Shown here piece after piece: positions 10,107 to 23,547 of a stretch of DNA of 64,000 nt. A program made the position numbers and the translations under genes. The stretch covers positions 8,866,001 through 8,930,000 of the forward strand of contig NC_073415.1 of the NCBI RefSeq assembly GCF_028641065.1, written 5' to 3'. Numbering within the stretch: the stretch's first letter is position 1; every line of letters starts with the position of its first letter. Below the pieces are notes generated by a model that saw only the letters and a program-made list of their open reading frames with translations, was not told where the DNA came from and ran no database searches. The DNA comes from Leucoraja erinacea (taxonomy: Eukaryota).

Positions 10107-13100
10107 AGGACGCGTTGCTTGTTACACAATCATTCCCGTGACCTGGTGAATTATTAATGATTCCTACATTCCTGGTCCCTGAAGGCTGTGTGTGGGAGGG
10201 CTGTGTGTACTTGTCGGTGTAGATGCGGTTTCTCTGGGCGACTCTGTGTGTGTGTGTGTGTGTGTGGTGGAGTGGCTCTGCGCGTCTACAGGTGAGGATG
10301 TTTCAGTGGCTCCTCCACGTTGCCGACCTAGATTAAAACAGGTAGCGACCCTGTAGTTAGTGTGTGTGGCTCAGTCCAATCCCAACGCTGCCGTAGTTCA
10401 ATATTGCTGCTTGTTTTAGAGTCATGGAGCGATACAGTGTTTACCCGACCCAACTTGCCCACACCGGCCAACATGTCCCAGCTACACTAGTCCCACCTGT
10501 TCGCGTTTGGTCCATATCCCTCCAAAACTGTCCTATCCATGTACCTGTCTAACTGTTTCTTAAACGTTGGGAAAGTCCCTGCTTCAACTACCTCCTCTGG
10601 TAGCTTGTTCCATACACCCACCACCCTTTGTGTGAAAAAGTCACCCCTCCGATTCCTATTAAATATTTCCCCTTCACCTTAAACCTATGCCCTCTGGTCC
10701 TCGATTCCCCTACTCTGGGCAAGAGACTGTGCATCTACCTCATCTATTCCTTTCATCATTTTATACAAAGGATGGATCGGGTAAACGTACAGAGTCTCTT
10801 GCCCAGAGTTGGCGAATCGAGAACCAGAGGGCATAGGTTTAAGGTGAGGGGGAGTGGAGGATTTAATAGGAACCAAAGATGTACAGGTTTGTAGGTTAAT
10901 TGGCTTGGTATAAATGTAAATTGTTCCTAGTGTGCTGGGGGGAATGCTGGTCGGCATGGACTCTATGGGGCTGAAGGGCTTAGTTCCATGCTGTATCTCG
11001 AGATTAAACTAAGGGGATAACTTTTTCAACACGCAGGAAGATTATTTTTCATTCAGATGGTGTTTGGGGGGGTGGAGGTGGAAACTCTTAGTGTCGAGGC
11101 CAGGTGTTGGAAGTTGAAAGATGGCAAATGGGAATAGTGTGGATGGGTGTGATGGGCCAAAGGGCCTGTTGTGCTGTATGTCTCTGATCAGGCTGGTTAG
11201 CACGCAACAAAAGCTTTTTGCTGTACTTCGGTACAAGTGGCAATAAACTAAATTAAAACTAAGATAGACACAAAATACTGGAGTAACTCAGCGGGACGGG
11301 CAGCATTCCTTCTCTCCAGAGATGCTGCCTGACGCGCTGAGTTACTCCAGCATTTTGTGTCTATCTTCAGTGTAAACCAGCACCTGCAGTTCCTTCCTAT
11401 ACAACTTAATCTTGAACCTGCGTTAAGGTTAAATAATTAACATTATTTTAAAAACTAAGGCAGTGAAGGTGAACTTTGAGGAACACTCTCTCTGCTCCAC
11501 TGGGGGTGGAGGGAAAGGAGGGAGGAGAGGGAATTTTGCTTTGTTTTATATCTGGGCAAACTGCAGCCTGCAGGACTTGTCACTGGGAAGGAATGAAGGA
11601 AGAATTACCGAGAGGAAACTGGGTTTAATGAAATGTCAATAGATGAACTAGGGCAGATATTTAAGCAGCTATTTCACAATGCTCAGTCAGCATTTAGAAA
11701 ATGGAACTTGATAAGAAAGATGAATCAGCCATGGTTAACAAAAGGAGGTCAAGAGAAATATGAGCATCGGAGGACTGGGAGATTTTCAGGGACCAGCAAG
11801 CTAATAAGGAGGAGAAGACTGAGATAAAACTAACAAGTAATATCAAAAGAGACGGCAAAGATTTCAGTGGAGATATATAATAAGGAAGTGGTTAGTTAAT
11901 ATAAGTGTGGCAATCAGGAGTATAAAACATAAACAATAGGTGCAGGAGAAGGATATTTGGCCCTTTGAGCCAGCACCGCCATTCAATATGATCATGGCTG
12001 ATCATCCAGAATCAGTACCCTGTTCCTGCTTTCTCCCCATACCCCTTGATTCTGTAACCCTAAGAGCTAAATCTAACTCTCTCATTTTGGGAGTAGGGAA
12101 TAGATAACTGGAAACAAGGCAATGGCACATAATTTAAATCTGTACTTTGTTTCAGTCTTTGTGGTGGAGGGCACTGTATGGATCTGAAATATAATATTTT
12201 AACTACTTTTAAATAGCTTGGAAGAACATTAACAATTACTATCATGCAAGATGAGGTATTGGGGAAAAGTAATATGATTAAATATGCAGCTGAAAAAAGT
12301 TAGATATGTATAGTTTTTTAATTTAAGCGTTTGTGGGGTGATATTATTGAAACGTACAAGGCCCAGAGGGGTCATGTTAGGATAGATGTCCAGTTGTCTT
12401 TCTGAATTACATGGGGCAGTTATATAAAACTGAAGTGGGCAGATACGTCTGATCTGGGAGTCTCTACCTGGGGGTTGTGTAGGCTGCATCGCCAGAGGCA
12501 TTTAGAGAGGAGGTGGGACAATGTTTTTTTGAAAGATAGAGGAATTAAGGGCTTTGGGGAAACTGTGTTATCGCAACGTTTAAGGAACATCCAGGCAGGT
12601 GAATGGATAGGATGGGTTGAGATGGATATGGGCCAAATGCAGGTAGGTGGGACTAGTGTAGATGGGACATGTTGGTTGGTGTGGGCAAGTTGGGCCGAAG
12701 GGCCTGTTTCCACGCTGTATCACTCTATGACTCTCCGCACAGAAGAGAAGATGAGGTCTGGGGCTGATCAGCCAAAGACTTGAGGAACGACTACTAGCCC
12801 CATGTCCTTGTGCTCCTCTATGTTCTTCCTTGTGTATCTGTTGAGTCACCAAACCAAGAGAGAGACCACCACTGGCTTCAATCCAGTCCGCACTCCAATC
12901 CCCATGCCTCTATACTGGTGACGGCCAAAGGGGATTAATCAAAGTAGTATCTCTCGTGGGCCCTTTACCCTGAAGGGCTGAGGCTAATGATGATGCTATA
13001 ATAATTTGGTGTTCTGGAATATTGCATGCAAAATGATTTTGGTTTTTGTTTTTTCTGGTCAGGAGGAAACCCAGCTGTGGTGATGAATATGTTGTGACCT

Positions 13101-13307
13101 GCATCAGCTACCCTGAGGCAGCAGCAACAGTGATAATTAGTGGGATTCCTTCCTCCTCGACAAGGTACGCCCACAGCTCAGATTCCACCACTTTAGATCC
13201 CAGTGCCTGACCTGGCCCCTGCCTCTGGAGTTGCTGCGATCTGTGTTCACACAGTGTCTGAGACACACAATCTAAGCCGAGTGTCGCTGGACTGGTCCAC
13301 ATCAAAG

Positions 13308-13377
13308 ATGGGTGGATTACATCATCTACTGCTCATCACTGCACTTGGAGCCGCAGCTTCTGGCAGAAGCTTTGCAG
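13308..13377 (+). CDS. CRB3: CRB3 coding exon 1 (signal peptide)
   Basis: aagATGG Kozak context; donor GCAG|GTCAGT. Confidence 0.8.
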
Positions 13378-16300
13378 GTCAGTGTTGGTGCGTTTCTTAT
13401 CTGTGGTTGGAGTGGTGTGGAGATGGGGGATAGTGAGCGGAGTTTAGTTTAGAGATACAGCACAGAAACAGGACCGTTGGCCAACTGAGTCAATAGACAA
13501 TAGGTGCAGGAGTAGGCCATTTGGCCCTTGGAGCCAGCACCGCCATTCAATGTGATCATGGCTAATCATCCCCAATCAGTACCCCGTTCCTCCCCGACCA
13601 GCGATCCCCGCACACTAACACTACCCTGCACACACCAGGGACAATTTACATTTATACCAAACCAATTAACCTACAAACCTGTACGTCTTTGGAGTGTGGG
13701 AGGAAACCGATGACCTCGGAGAAAATCTAAACAGGTTGCAGGGAGAATGTACAAACTCCGTACAGACAGCACCCCTAGTCGGGATGGAACCCAGGTCTCT
13801 GGCGCTGTGAGGCAGCAACTCTACTGCTGCACCACCACACCGCCCACATGTCTTTATTCTGCAGGGATTTATCGTGGCTCCCTGCTTTCCCCCAAACACC
13901 ATCACGACTGGTTAGAACACAACAAAAGCTCTTCACTGTACCTCGGTACACGTGACAATAAACTAAACTCACAAAAAAACTGTCCCGCTTGCGATTTGCT
14001 TGTCTATTTCTGCGATCTTGCTCTTCAACTGTCTGCAACAGTGACTTGCCAATAAAACAAAATGTTTCTTGGCTGTAAAGAGCCTTAAAAAAAAAAAAAG
14101 AGTGAAAGGAGCAATGGAAATTTAATGAGTGGAAGCAAGGAACTGCAGATGCTGGTTTCTAAACTTTAGAAAAAGACCCAAAGTGCTGGAGTAACTCAAC
14201 GGGTCAGACAGCATCTTGGAAATTTAAGCATCTTTTAGTTACAATTAACAAAGGCAGGAAAAGTCACCATTGTTACTGATGCTCATGCACGCTGGTGTGT
14301 GGAAAAGTTTGGCAGGGCAGTCACGCTGTACTGGGTTTCGCTGTTTGCTGAAGCTCGATGGACTAAGTCTACAGATGAGGGTGACTAATGTGGAACTGAT
14401 CTAGTGAGTCAGCAACTTTGGGACAGGAGGGAGCAAAGTCTGAGTGGAGGGGGGGGGGGGGAATATATTGCCACATTTTATAAGATGCACTCAAATCACA
14501 AACAGACCAGGTCGTTAATCCAGCTTCAAGGAATCCATGTAAACTGTTTAACGTGGCCCATGGAGTGATATCGTCACCTGCAACTTTGAACTGGAATGGG
14601 TTCAGTCTGAGCTGCGCAGCTGGAGCCTGCTTGTATTCAGTCGGTTAAAGCAACAATTCTTTAATCTGAAGAACAGAATCTAAATGACATGGGTTAGCAC
14701 CAGCTACACCGACATTACTGAANNNNNNNNNNNNNNNNNNNNNNNNNNNNNNNNNNNNNNNNNNNNNNNNNNNNNNNNNNNNNNNNNNNNNNNNNNNNNN
14801 NNNNNNNNNNNNNNNNNNNNNNNNNNNNNNNNNNNNNNNNNNNNNNNNNNNNNNNNNNNNNNNNNNNNNNNNNNNNNNNNNNNNNNNNNNNNNNNNNNNN
14901 NNNNNNNNNNNNNNAACACTCTATAGACGATAGACAATAGGTGCAGGAGTAGGCCATTCGGCCCTTCGAGCCAGCACCGCTATTCAATGTGATCATGGCT
15001 GATCATCCCCAATCAGTACCCCGTTCCTACCTACTCCCCATATCCCTGACTCCGCTATTTTTAAGAGCCCTATCTAGCTCTCTCTTGAAAGCATCCAGAG
15101 AACCTGCCTCCACCGCCCTCTGAAGCAGAGAAGTGAAGTGGCTCACAAACACCAATAGACGTACATGTTTCTAGGCTAATTGGCTTTGGTAAAGATTGTA
15201 AATTGTAAACCCTCGTGTGTGTAGGATAGTATCAGGGTACAGGGATCGCTGGTCGGCGTGGACTAGGTGGGCCGAAGGGCCTGCTTCAGCACTATATGTC
15301 CAAACTAAACCAAACTTAACCTAGCCTGGAGATGCATTGCTCTATGAAGGTGTTGCTGAAACACATGGGTCTGATATGTGTGATGCTCCTACATGCATTT
15401 ATTTACTGACTGTGATCTTAATGAGGAGAATACAATAAATTTGATTTTGAAACAGGATTACATGATTCTGGAATGTTCTTCAAGGTGTTCCAGTTGCCAT
15501 AGTAATGTGTTTTGGCTCTGGGCCATGCTGCACACAGAACACAAGGCCAGCGAGCTTGTTTGCTTGTCATCTGCTGCCTTGGATAGGCTTTGTTTGCCAG
15601 CCTAATGCACTGACTGCAGGTCCAGGGCCTCGTCAGTACGTGACTCCTGCCCATCACTACAGGTGCTTGCCATCCATTCTGGTCTTGTAACATATAGGAA
15701 TGCACACATAGGGTGGTGGGTGTATGGAACAAGCAGCCAGGGGAGGTAGTTGAGGATGGGACTATCCCAACATTTAAGAAACAGTTAGACAGGTACATGG
15801 ATAGGACTGGTTTGGAGGGATATGGGCCAAATGCAGGCAGGTGGGATTAGTGTAGCTGGGACATTGTTGGCCAGTGTGGGCAAGTTGGGTCGAAGGGCCT
15901 GTTTCCGCACTGTATCACTCGATGCCAAGAGGCCTGTGCTGTCCTTTATAGAATAAACCTGAAAGCTTTCTCCTCCTCCAACTTAGCCTTTTTATTGAGG
16001 TTGATGGTCTTTGGCCACTAAGGAAGTTAGGAGGTACACACAAATGCTGGAGAAACTCAGCAGGTGCAGCAGCATCTATGGAGCGAAGGAAATAGGTGAC
16101 GTTTCGGGCCGAAACCCTTCTTCCTTCACTCCATAGATGCTGCACCCGCTGAGTTTCTCTAGCATTTTTGTGTACCTTCGATCTTCCAGCATCTGCAGTT
16201 CCTTCTTGGAAAACAAGGAAGTTGGGAGACCTGGAAGTGCAGCAGTTAGTGCTGCTGTCTCACAATGCCAGAGGCCCTGATTCGCTCATGACTCTGGGTG

Positions 16301-17377
16301 CTCTTTGTGTGGAGTTTGCATGCTCTCCCTGTGACTGCAAAGATTTCAGTTATTAGTTATCCATTTGATGTATATTTTGAAACAATCTTTTAACTTTTCC
16401 TCACAGAGAATAACACGACGATTCCATCTCCCACATTGGCGACACAATACAAAACGCCAGTAAGTCTTTCTCTTTGGTGTTCAATGTGTTTGTGCAGCAG
16501 GGTTTAATGTTGGGAAAGAACTGCAGTTGCTAGATTAAATCAAAGATAGACACAAAAAGCTGGAGTAACTCAGCAGGGCAGGCAGCATCTCTGGCGAGAA
16601 GGAATGACTGATCAGTCGAGACCCTTCTTCAGACTGATCAGTCTGTCTGCCCCGCTGAGTTACCCAAGCATTTTACATCTATCTCGGATTTAATGTTTGC
16701 CATTGCCTCCACCAGAGCAGAGGGTGAAGCTTGGGTCTTCAATGGCGTTTTGGATCAATGTGCCTACAGATGAAGAACGGCCATAACCTCCCACCCTGCT
16801 GTGGCCTCTGACTAATCTCTAGTGATAACATTGGGAATTGGTTGCTGTATTATCAGAGCAGAGTGTTGTGATTGATTGAGGGTGAGGATGGGGGGGGGGG
16901 GCACGTTCCCCCTGTGGCCTGCGTGGGCTTTCTGCGGCATGACAATGGGAGGTGATTGCTGGAATTCTGGAGGAGGAAATCTGGGAAGGTGTAAATAATT
17001 AGTGCCAACATTTGTTGGGGTATGGGGATAAGGGAATGGTATCAAAACGCACACTGTGTGGAGGTGGGGGTGGTATGTATGGGGTAACTGAGGTGGGGTG
17101 GGGTGTGAGGGGTAGCTGTGAGTTGGGATGGTGTGTGAGGAGTAACTGCGTTGCTGACCTGTGCCTCTATGGGCTTTAACAGGTTGCAGCCATCGTGGTT
17201 CCTTGTGTGGTCGGGGGCCTGCTGCTCATCGCCATCATCCTCGCGCTGGGCATCATGAAGCTGAAGGGAAAACGGAGGGAGGAGGGCACGTACAACCCAA
17301 GCCAACTGGAGCAGAACGGAGCACGGGCAGTGCCCCAGCACGGCCTGAAGTTGCCTCCCGAGGAGCGGCTCATCTAG
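13308..17377 (+). CDS. CRB3: Crumbs homolog 3, spliced CDS join(13308..13377,16407..16459,17183..17377), 105 aa
   Basis: Signal peptide MGGLHHLLLITALGAAASGRSFA; short ectodomain with N-glycosylation sequons (ENNTT); TM helix VAAIVVPCVVGGLLLIAIILALGIM; FERM-binding GTYNPS; C-terminal PDZ-binding LPPEERLI. Phases 1 and 0 are consistent. Confidence 0.92.
13590..13838 (-). mobile_element. V-SINE (HE1-like)
   Basis: Reverse-complement copy of the same SINE family. Confidence 0.78.
14723..14914. other. Assembly gap (192 N) inside a CRB3 intron
   Basis: Run of N. Confidence 1.
16407..16459 (+). CDS. CRB3: CRB3 coding exon 2 (ectodomain)
   Basis: Acceptor ttttcctcacag, donor CCA|GTAAGT; encodes (E)NNTTIPSPTLATQYKTP. 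Confidence 0.8.
17183..17377 (+). CDS. CRB3: CRB3 coding exon 3 (TM and cytoplasmic tail)
   Basis: Acceptor tttaacag; contains GTYNPS and ends ERLI then TAG. Confidence 0.95.
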   Translation, partial: VAAIVVPCVVGGLLLIAIILALGIMKLKGKRREEGTYNPSQLEQNGARAVPQHGLKLPPEERLI

Positions 17378-20333
17378 CCAGGCGCCCAGAGACCGCTTGG
17401 CCCACGGAACTGATGCTGGAAACAGTCGGAGCTAAAAAAGTCCAACACTGTCACTTGTTTTCTGTAGGGAATTGTCATTGATTGAGTGTGAGAGAGAGAG
17501 AGGGACTTTGTGATTTCTGCCCTTGTCATGAAGGGCGAGAAGTGAAGGATATCCAGCTGATTATCTGATGGTATTCCCCCTTGACCGTGATATCTTTCCG
17601 ATAGCTGGGGACTACTGGAATGATGGGGTTTCACTGCCCAGCTAGTCTGGGGGGGAATGTCAGTGGCCCAACCACATGAACTGCTGGCTGGCCTAGGATA
17701 ACACCCATGGTGGGACGATAAGGACTCGAGGCATTTCTCTGAGATCTTTAGATGGGACAACTATGCTGAACTGGGGCTGTGTTGCAGACATTCTCTCTTG
17801 AAATTAGAAGCAGACAATAAGCTAACCTCGTAGACCAAGTACCAGCAACGCATCAATCCCACGATCAAAGCGGCAGCGCGGTGAATTGAGAGTCGGCACG
17901 CGCAGCCACTGGTAACAATTGTTAATCCCACTAATACCTGCGTCATCCATGGCCTTGCCTCCCTATTACAGGCAATCTCTCGCTACTCAAGTGGTGTCAA
18001 TGAGCCAACATTGCCTGGTGGAAAGCCATGCATTTCAGCCGTGATCTTTGCATCACCAGGAACCTTCATTGACTCAATGACTTTGTAATTTAAAATAATG
18101 TTAGTTTGTATATTTCTTTTCTAAAGGAATCTGTACTGGACACTAAGACAAAGTGCTGGAGTAACTCAACGGGTCAGACAACGGGCTGAAGTAGGGTCCT
18201 TACCTGAAAGATTCAGAGATGCTGCCTGATCTGCTGAGTTACTCCAGCACTTTGTATCTATTTAAGATACAACAGCATCTGCAATTCCATATAACAACAA
18301 TTACAGCACGGAAACAGACAATCTCGGCCCTACAAGTCCGTGCCGAACATCTTCCTTGTGTCTTCACTGTAATGGAAACTGCTGGTTTATGCCTACTGTG
18401 TATTAATAGTTCAGCAATATTGCAGTATAATTTAGGATGCACAGATTCTGGTGCGGGGTTACCTTATTCCCTGTTGTGCCACTAACGGGCCCTCTTTAGC
18501 CAAAGTGGGTCCTCTAAGGTAGAGATATTAGTCACTGGAAGATGTCAATGGGCGGATGAAAAAGCAATATGAACACTACAGAATGCAGAGATGTATGCGA
18601 GTTCCACATACGTGGGAACGGGTAAGTGTTAATACCTCAATGGGAAATTTTGAATCACTTATTTTTCTGTTGCTGATTTTAATGTAACATTCTTGCACTA
18701 GATAATTATTTATATTTTTAAAGACCTACCGTACATTCAGCAAAGAGACCAGACCCCCTATTCCCTAGATTATAGCTGTTTTCAACGGCAATGTGTAGAT
18801 TTAAATCTCTTCAATGCTCGGAAGTTAATTGCTGTTATGTGAACACTGGACTAGTATGTATCTGGGGCCAAAGACCTCTGATATTAAGTAAACTGCACCT
18901 GTTTATGCCACAATCAAACTGAGATTAAGACGTTCGTACTCTGATATTTTGGTGGCTTATTTTTAAAGTCAGAAATTGTACACGCACTCCATGCTGTTTT
19001 ATTAATACATTTTGTATGCACTTTGTCTAAAAGAAAATCATTTACTATTTTTTATGACTTTATTTTTCTCGATGATTGATTGTTCAAGTGGATAATAGAA
19101 TTTGATATTGTAAACTTGTCATGTGTTCATTCACTTCTTCACCAGGGCTTGTATTTAGGAGAAACTTACTGGTAGCAACTTGATCAGAGCATTCAATGTT
19201 TCATTACATGTAATACCATCAACTCAAGTGCTGACCATTAAGGGGCCAGAATCTAGGTTCAGTTATAATAACTGCCCAATAATATTGCTTCAGCTGAACA
19301 ACCAATGTCGGTTAGTTTAGTGGATCATGAATCAAAAGGTGAGAGTACTGTGCAGAAATTGCTGTGGTTTTCAAAGCTCCACTCTTGTTATAGTCTGGAG
19401 TATGTGTGGTAGAACATAGTTATAACTGGTGCTTGAACTGGAGGCTGGGAAACTACATAAAGCTGGTTCAATATCTACAAGCCCATCCCCTAATCAATTC
19501 TAGATACATCTGAATCAAAAAGAGTTGTAGATGAGGAAGGGCCTCAACCCGAAACGTCACCCATCCCTTCACTTCACAGATGCTGCCTGTCCCTCTGAGT
19601 TACTCCAGCTTTTTGTATCTATCTTGTAGATCGTGGAAATCTGAAATAAAATCCATTGCTGGGTGTAGGCAGCAGGTTTGGTGCCATCAGGAGGGAGAGA
19701 AGATGTTAATGATTCAGGTAAAGGATCTTTCATAAGGAATTGGGGTAGAATTATGCCATTCGGCCCCATCAAGTCTACTCTACCATTCTATCATGGCTGA
19801 TCTATCTCTCCCTCCTAACCCCATTCTCCTGCCTTCTCCCCATAACCCCTGACACCAGAGGTTCTTTCATCAGAACTGGATAAGTTCTCTCTGTCATTTT
19901 GTGTTTTGATTTAAAAAAAAGAAAGAAATATAGACAAGATTGGGGGGGATTTTAACCCTGTGAGCAGGAGCATTAATGGTCCAGCTTACATTCATTTGTT
20001 CGATGTTCGATGTACCTATTCATATCTGTTCCCTCTCCCCCGACTCTCCACCTGAAGAAGGGTCCCGACCTGAAACATCAGCTATTCCTTTTCTCCAGAG
20101 ATGCTGCCTGACCTGCTGAGTTACTCCAGCTTTTTGTGTCTATTGTTGGTGCAAACTAGCATCTGCAGTTCCTTCCTACACAGTCTTTATATTATGTGTG
20201 ATAATGAATTTGCACTCCTTTGTACCGTGGTAATGTATTTAGCTTCCACGTTATAAGTTCACAACTCGTGTTGCAAACCAGTAATAGTCAAACCTTGTTC
20301 GTTAAGAGTGGGGCTGTCTGAATTGCTTCATTA

Positions 20334-20631
20334 AAGCCCGTCCCACTTTCCCGAGTTGACACAAATTCTCCCCTTGATTCAAACTCAGAGAATTACGGTA
20401 ATAGCCAGCCGTAGGTATTCAGGGCTAGTCGTGGACATTTTTCAACATGCTGAAAAAACGTCCCGACTTACCTGATGCCCCGAGTACCTAGGGCTGGCAT
20501 TACGAGCTTCTACAAAATATCTATGGCCTCCTACGGACTCGCTAAGGACTCCTACAGACATTCTCCGAGTTTGAAGCAAGGGGAAAACTCGGGAGAATTT
20601 GTGAGTAACTCAGGAAAGTGGGACAGGGACC
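20334..20631. mobile_element. PIF/Harbinger-type MITE, same family as 35075-35468
   Basis: GTCCCACTTTC ... GAAAGTGGGAC termini; shares the internal CCCCTTGATTCAAACTCAGA. Confidence 0.7.
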
Positions 20632-22446
20632 CAACCCTGTACTTTCATTCTGTTAGATTAAATTGGGGAATCATCATAGGATTGTGGTGGTCTTTGGATA
20701 GAGGAATTGCCGAGAGGATTTGGATAATTACTGGATACTGAAGAGTTCTGTACTATTGTAGTTGGATACATTAGTACCAGTCATGGTTCAGTTTGGTTTA
20801 TTGTCACATGTACCGAGGTACAGTGAAAAGCTTCTGTTGCGTGCTAACCAGTCAGCGGAAAGACAATACTTGATTACAATCAATCCATTTACAGTGTACA
20901 GATAAGATCATAGTTAAAGTAAGAAATGTTGCTGTAGGAATACAGATTTAAGAGTGTGGAGCGATTGTAATGTAACTGTAGATCTACTGTGGCCAGAGGG
21001 CAAATAGTCGCTTGTGTTGGGCAGCCATCTTGGAAGTTGTGGTGTGTAACTATTTCAAACACGAGTTGGGGAAGTGGGGTTGCAAGAAGATATGCAGGCA
21101 ATAGGTCAATAATTATCCCTCACCTACTACTTATTTTAAAGGCCATAGGAGATTTCTCTTGCTGTGTTTCCAACAGTGACCATGGTTGAGGTTTGAAATC
21201 TCCTCAACATGTTAATGCATCATTTCCTCTTTGGTGCAACATTTCCTGTCTGAACGTAACCAGCTAGTTTGCTGCACATTATCCTCACCAGGCCACAGGT
21301 CAGTATTGCAAAATCTGATTATATTTCAAGCTCCACACAAGACATGTCGCTAAATAGAGATTGAAAGAATCCCATTTGGTTCTTTCCCAACTGCCCAATA
21401 AATCTTTCCACTATTTGAAAGCTTTTATTGAATGTCCTTTCTGAGGTTTCATTTCAGAATGCACTCTGTTGCTAAAAATCTCTATCAAAAACCTTTGTGA
21501 TTTTGAACGTGTTAACTCTCCTCTAAAAGGGATCAATTCCAGTTTCCTGTGCCTCTCTCTGGTTAAGTATTCCATTAATTATCGGACTGCAAATTCCTTG
21601 AGTGTGGAGTCTAGTATTGGACACAACCTTCCAGCTGGGTCTCACCAGATATTGGCAACACTTTGGCAGCTTTGCTTTCACACTCAGTTTAAAAAGCCAT
21701 GTCCCCTTATGTATTTTGTAAAGAGTTTTCTTAACACCCTACCATCTTGAAAGGATGCACATCAGAACATGGCTAAAGTTTAATCTTTTAATTTATATTC
21801 TTATTGTATTCTCATTATTAACCTATCTATGCAGTTAAAAATATTTGTTCAATGGCAGCCCTGTGTTTGTGAGGCAGCAGTTTGACAACTGTGGGCTTGT
21901 CTGCTACATGCGGTGCTGGCTCGAAGGGCCGAATGGCCACCTGCACCTATTTTCTATGCCGCCTTCCCAATTCAGCAAATTCCAAATTACACTGGCCTAA
22001 CATCGGAAAGGTCAACTCTCCCCATCCTCCCTCCCTCTGTTTCTATCCCCCTCCCCCTCCCCAGCCACAAACCTCTACCCCCTTCAAAGCCAGGGCTGAA
22101 TACAAAAAGTGTGAGTGAGGAAAAGATAAACGACAAATGAAAAAGCCTCACCTTTCTGCTCATTTTCTCAACATGTTTAGGAAGACATATCAAGGTGATG
22201 AGTGTTGCCTGGACACAAGCATGAGGTCCCATCTTATATGGATGCCATGTCAAGGCTATGAAACAGTCTGGAATGGGTGACGTTTCGGGTCGAGACCAGT
22301 CTGAAGAAGGGTCTCGACCCGAAACGCCACCCATTCCTTCTCTCCAGAAATGCTGCCTGTCCCGCTGAGTTACTCCAGCGTTTTGCGTCTATACTCTGTC
22401 ACTGACCCATCAATGCTGGGGAATAAAATCTAAATTTAATCAGCTC

Positions 22447-23547
22447 CTAGGCTTCAAATCTCTTTTTCAGCTCCGAGACCTTCCTGGCTGCTGTAAGATC
22501 TGGATCAGTCTCGGGTGCTGCCACAGTTTCTGGTATTTGTTCTTCCTGATCCACAGACAATGTTTCTTCTGCTGGTGGCCCATCGCTAGGCGGCTGGGTG
22601 GTGGAGGTGTTGCAGGTGGATTCACCCAGTTCTTCTTTCCACTCCTTTTTCACACATCTAAAGGCGACGGACGTTGAGCGAACCTTTCCCCTGGCAATTT
22701 CGGCCTTTTTCTCGCCAGCACGGGCTTGGAAATAGGACAGGGCTGATTGCACACTTTGGGCTGCCTCTTCCTTGCTGGTTGCTGGGACAGTGGGAACGCA
22801 CGAGGGGTCCATCTCGCTGCCAGCCTCCACTGCCATCCCAGCACCATGATTACAGGAGCTTTCCTCCTTCACATCGAGGTTGGCTTCACCCCCCCTGCCT
22901 TCAAGCACCTGCGACGTTAACCGCGCTCTCTGCCGCGTGGTTGATGTTTTAGGAGCTGTTGGTGGAGGTGAACGCTCAGTTAGGCTGGCACTTTCTTCTG
23001 CACATGTTGCCGGACCTTCGTCTTGTTCCACCTCCTGTTCTTGGTGGTCCTCTGCTGAGGGTTTCAGCTCGTCGATCTCTGTAGCTGAACCCTGGGAACC
23101 CAAGTCCTCAATCAGCATTTCATTTCTTGTCTCGGTTGTGTCTGGCTGAGGGGCTCCGTTTTCAGTCGGTGTTCCCGTTGGCTGAGTTAGTAAGGACCCT
23201 TTATCCCAGTGAATCCCTGTACACTTCTCATTACCTTTGGCAGATGGTGAAACGGACAAGGAGTCGTCCTGTGATCCATGCTCCTCTGAACTGCTGGTGC
23301 TCGGAGTATGGGGATTCACAGGCTGCAACTCTGGAGGCGCTATGTTTTCTTCGTGACTTGAGGCACTCCCAGAATCTCCAAGGTCTGCCTGGCTGGTCGA
23401 CACAGAGGACATGTCTGATGTTTCTTCCAAGGAGGCCGACAGGGACTTCATACACTCTGTGGATCCATCAAAACTCCACACCTGGGGTCTCACTGGCTCC
23501 GACTCTCTCCTGTTGATGTTCTCCTCGCTGGGGTTGGTACCCCTGAC
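22447..23547 (-). CDS. DENND1C: DENND1C last exon (disordered acidic/Ser-rich tail)
   Basis: Acceptor tgtctgcag; 366 codons ending [12 protein letters not shown] then TAG. Confidence 0.92.
   Translation of the reverse strand, partial: VRGTNPSEENINRRESEPVRPQVWSFDGSTECMKSLSASLEETSDMSSVSTSQADLGDSGSASSHEENIAPPELQPVNPHTPSTSSSEEHGSQDDSLSVSPSAKGNEKCTGIHWDKGSLLTQPTGTPTENGAPQPDTTETRNEMLIEDLGSQGSATEIDELKPSAEDHQEQEVEQDEGPATCAEESASLTERSPPPTAPKTSTTRQRARLTSQVLEGRGGEANLDVKEESSCNHGAGMAVEAGSEMDPSCVPTVPATSKEEAAQSVQSALSYFQARAGEKKAEIARGKVRSTSVAFRCVKKEWKEELGESTCNTSTTQPPSDGPPAEETLSVDQEEQIPETVAAPETDPDLTAARKVSELKKRFEA

Noticed and set aside
17378-19500. Exon for a CRB3b-type CLPI C-terminus
   Set aside because: No convincing acceptor and frame ending in CLPI was found by eye; absence is not proven
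18900-22400. Overlapping 3'UTRs of convergent CRB3 and DENND1C
   Set aside because: Several weak polyA candidates on both strands; transcript ends cannot be placed from sequence alone
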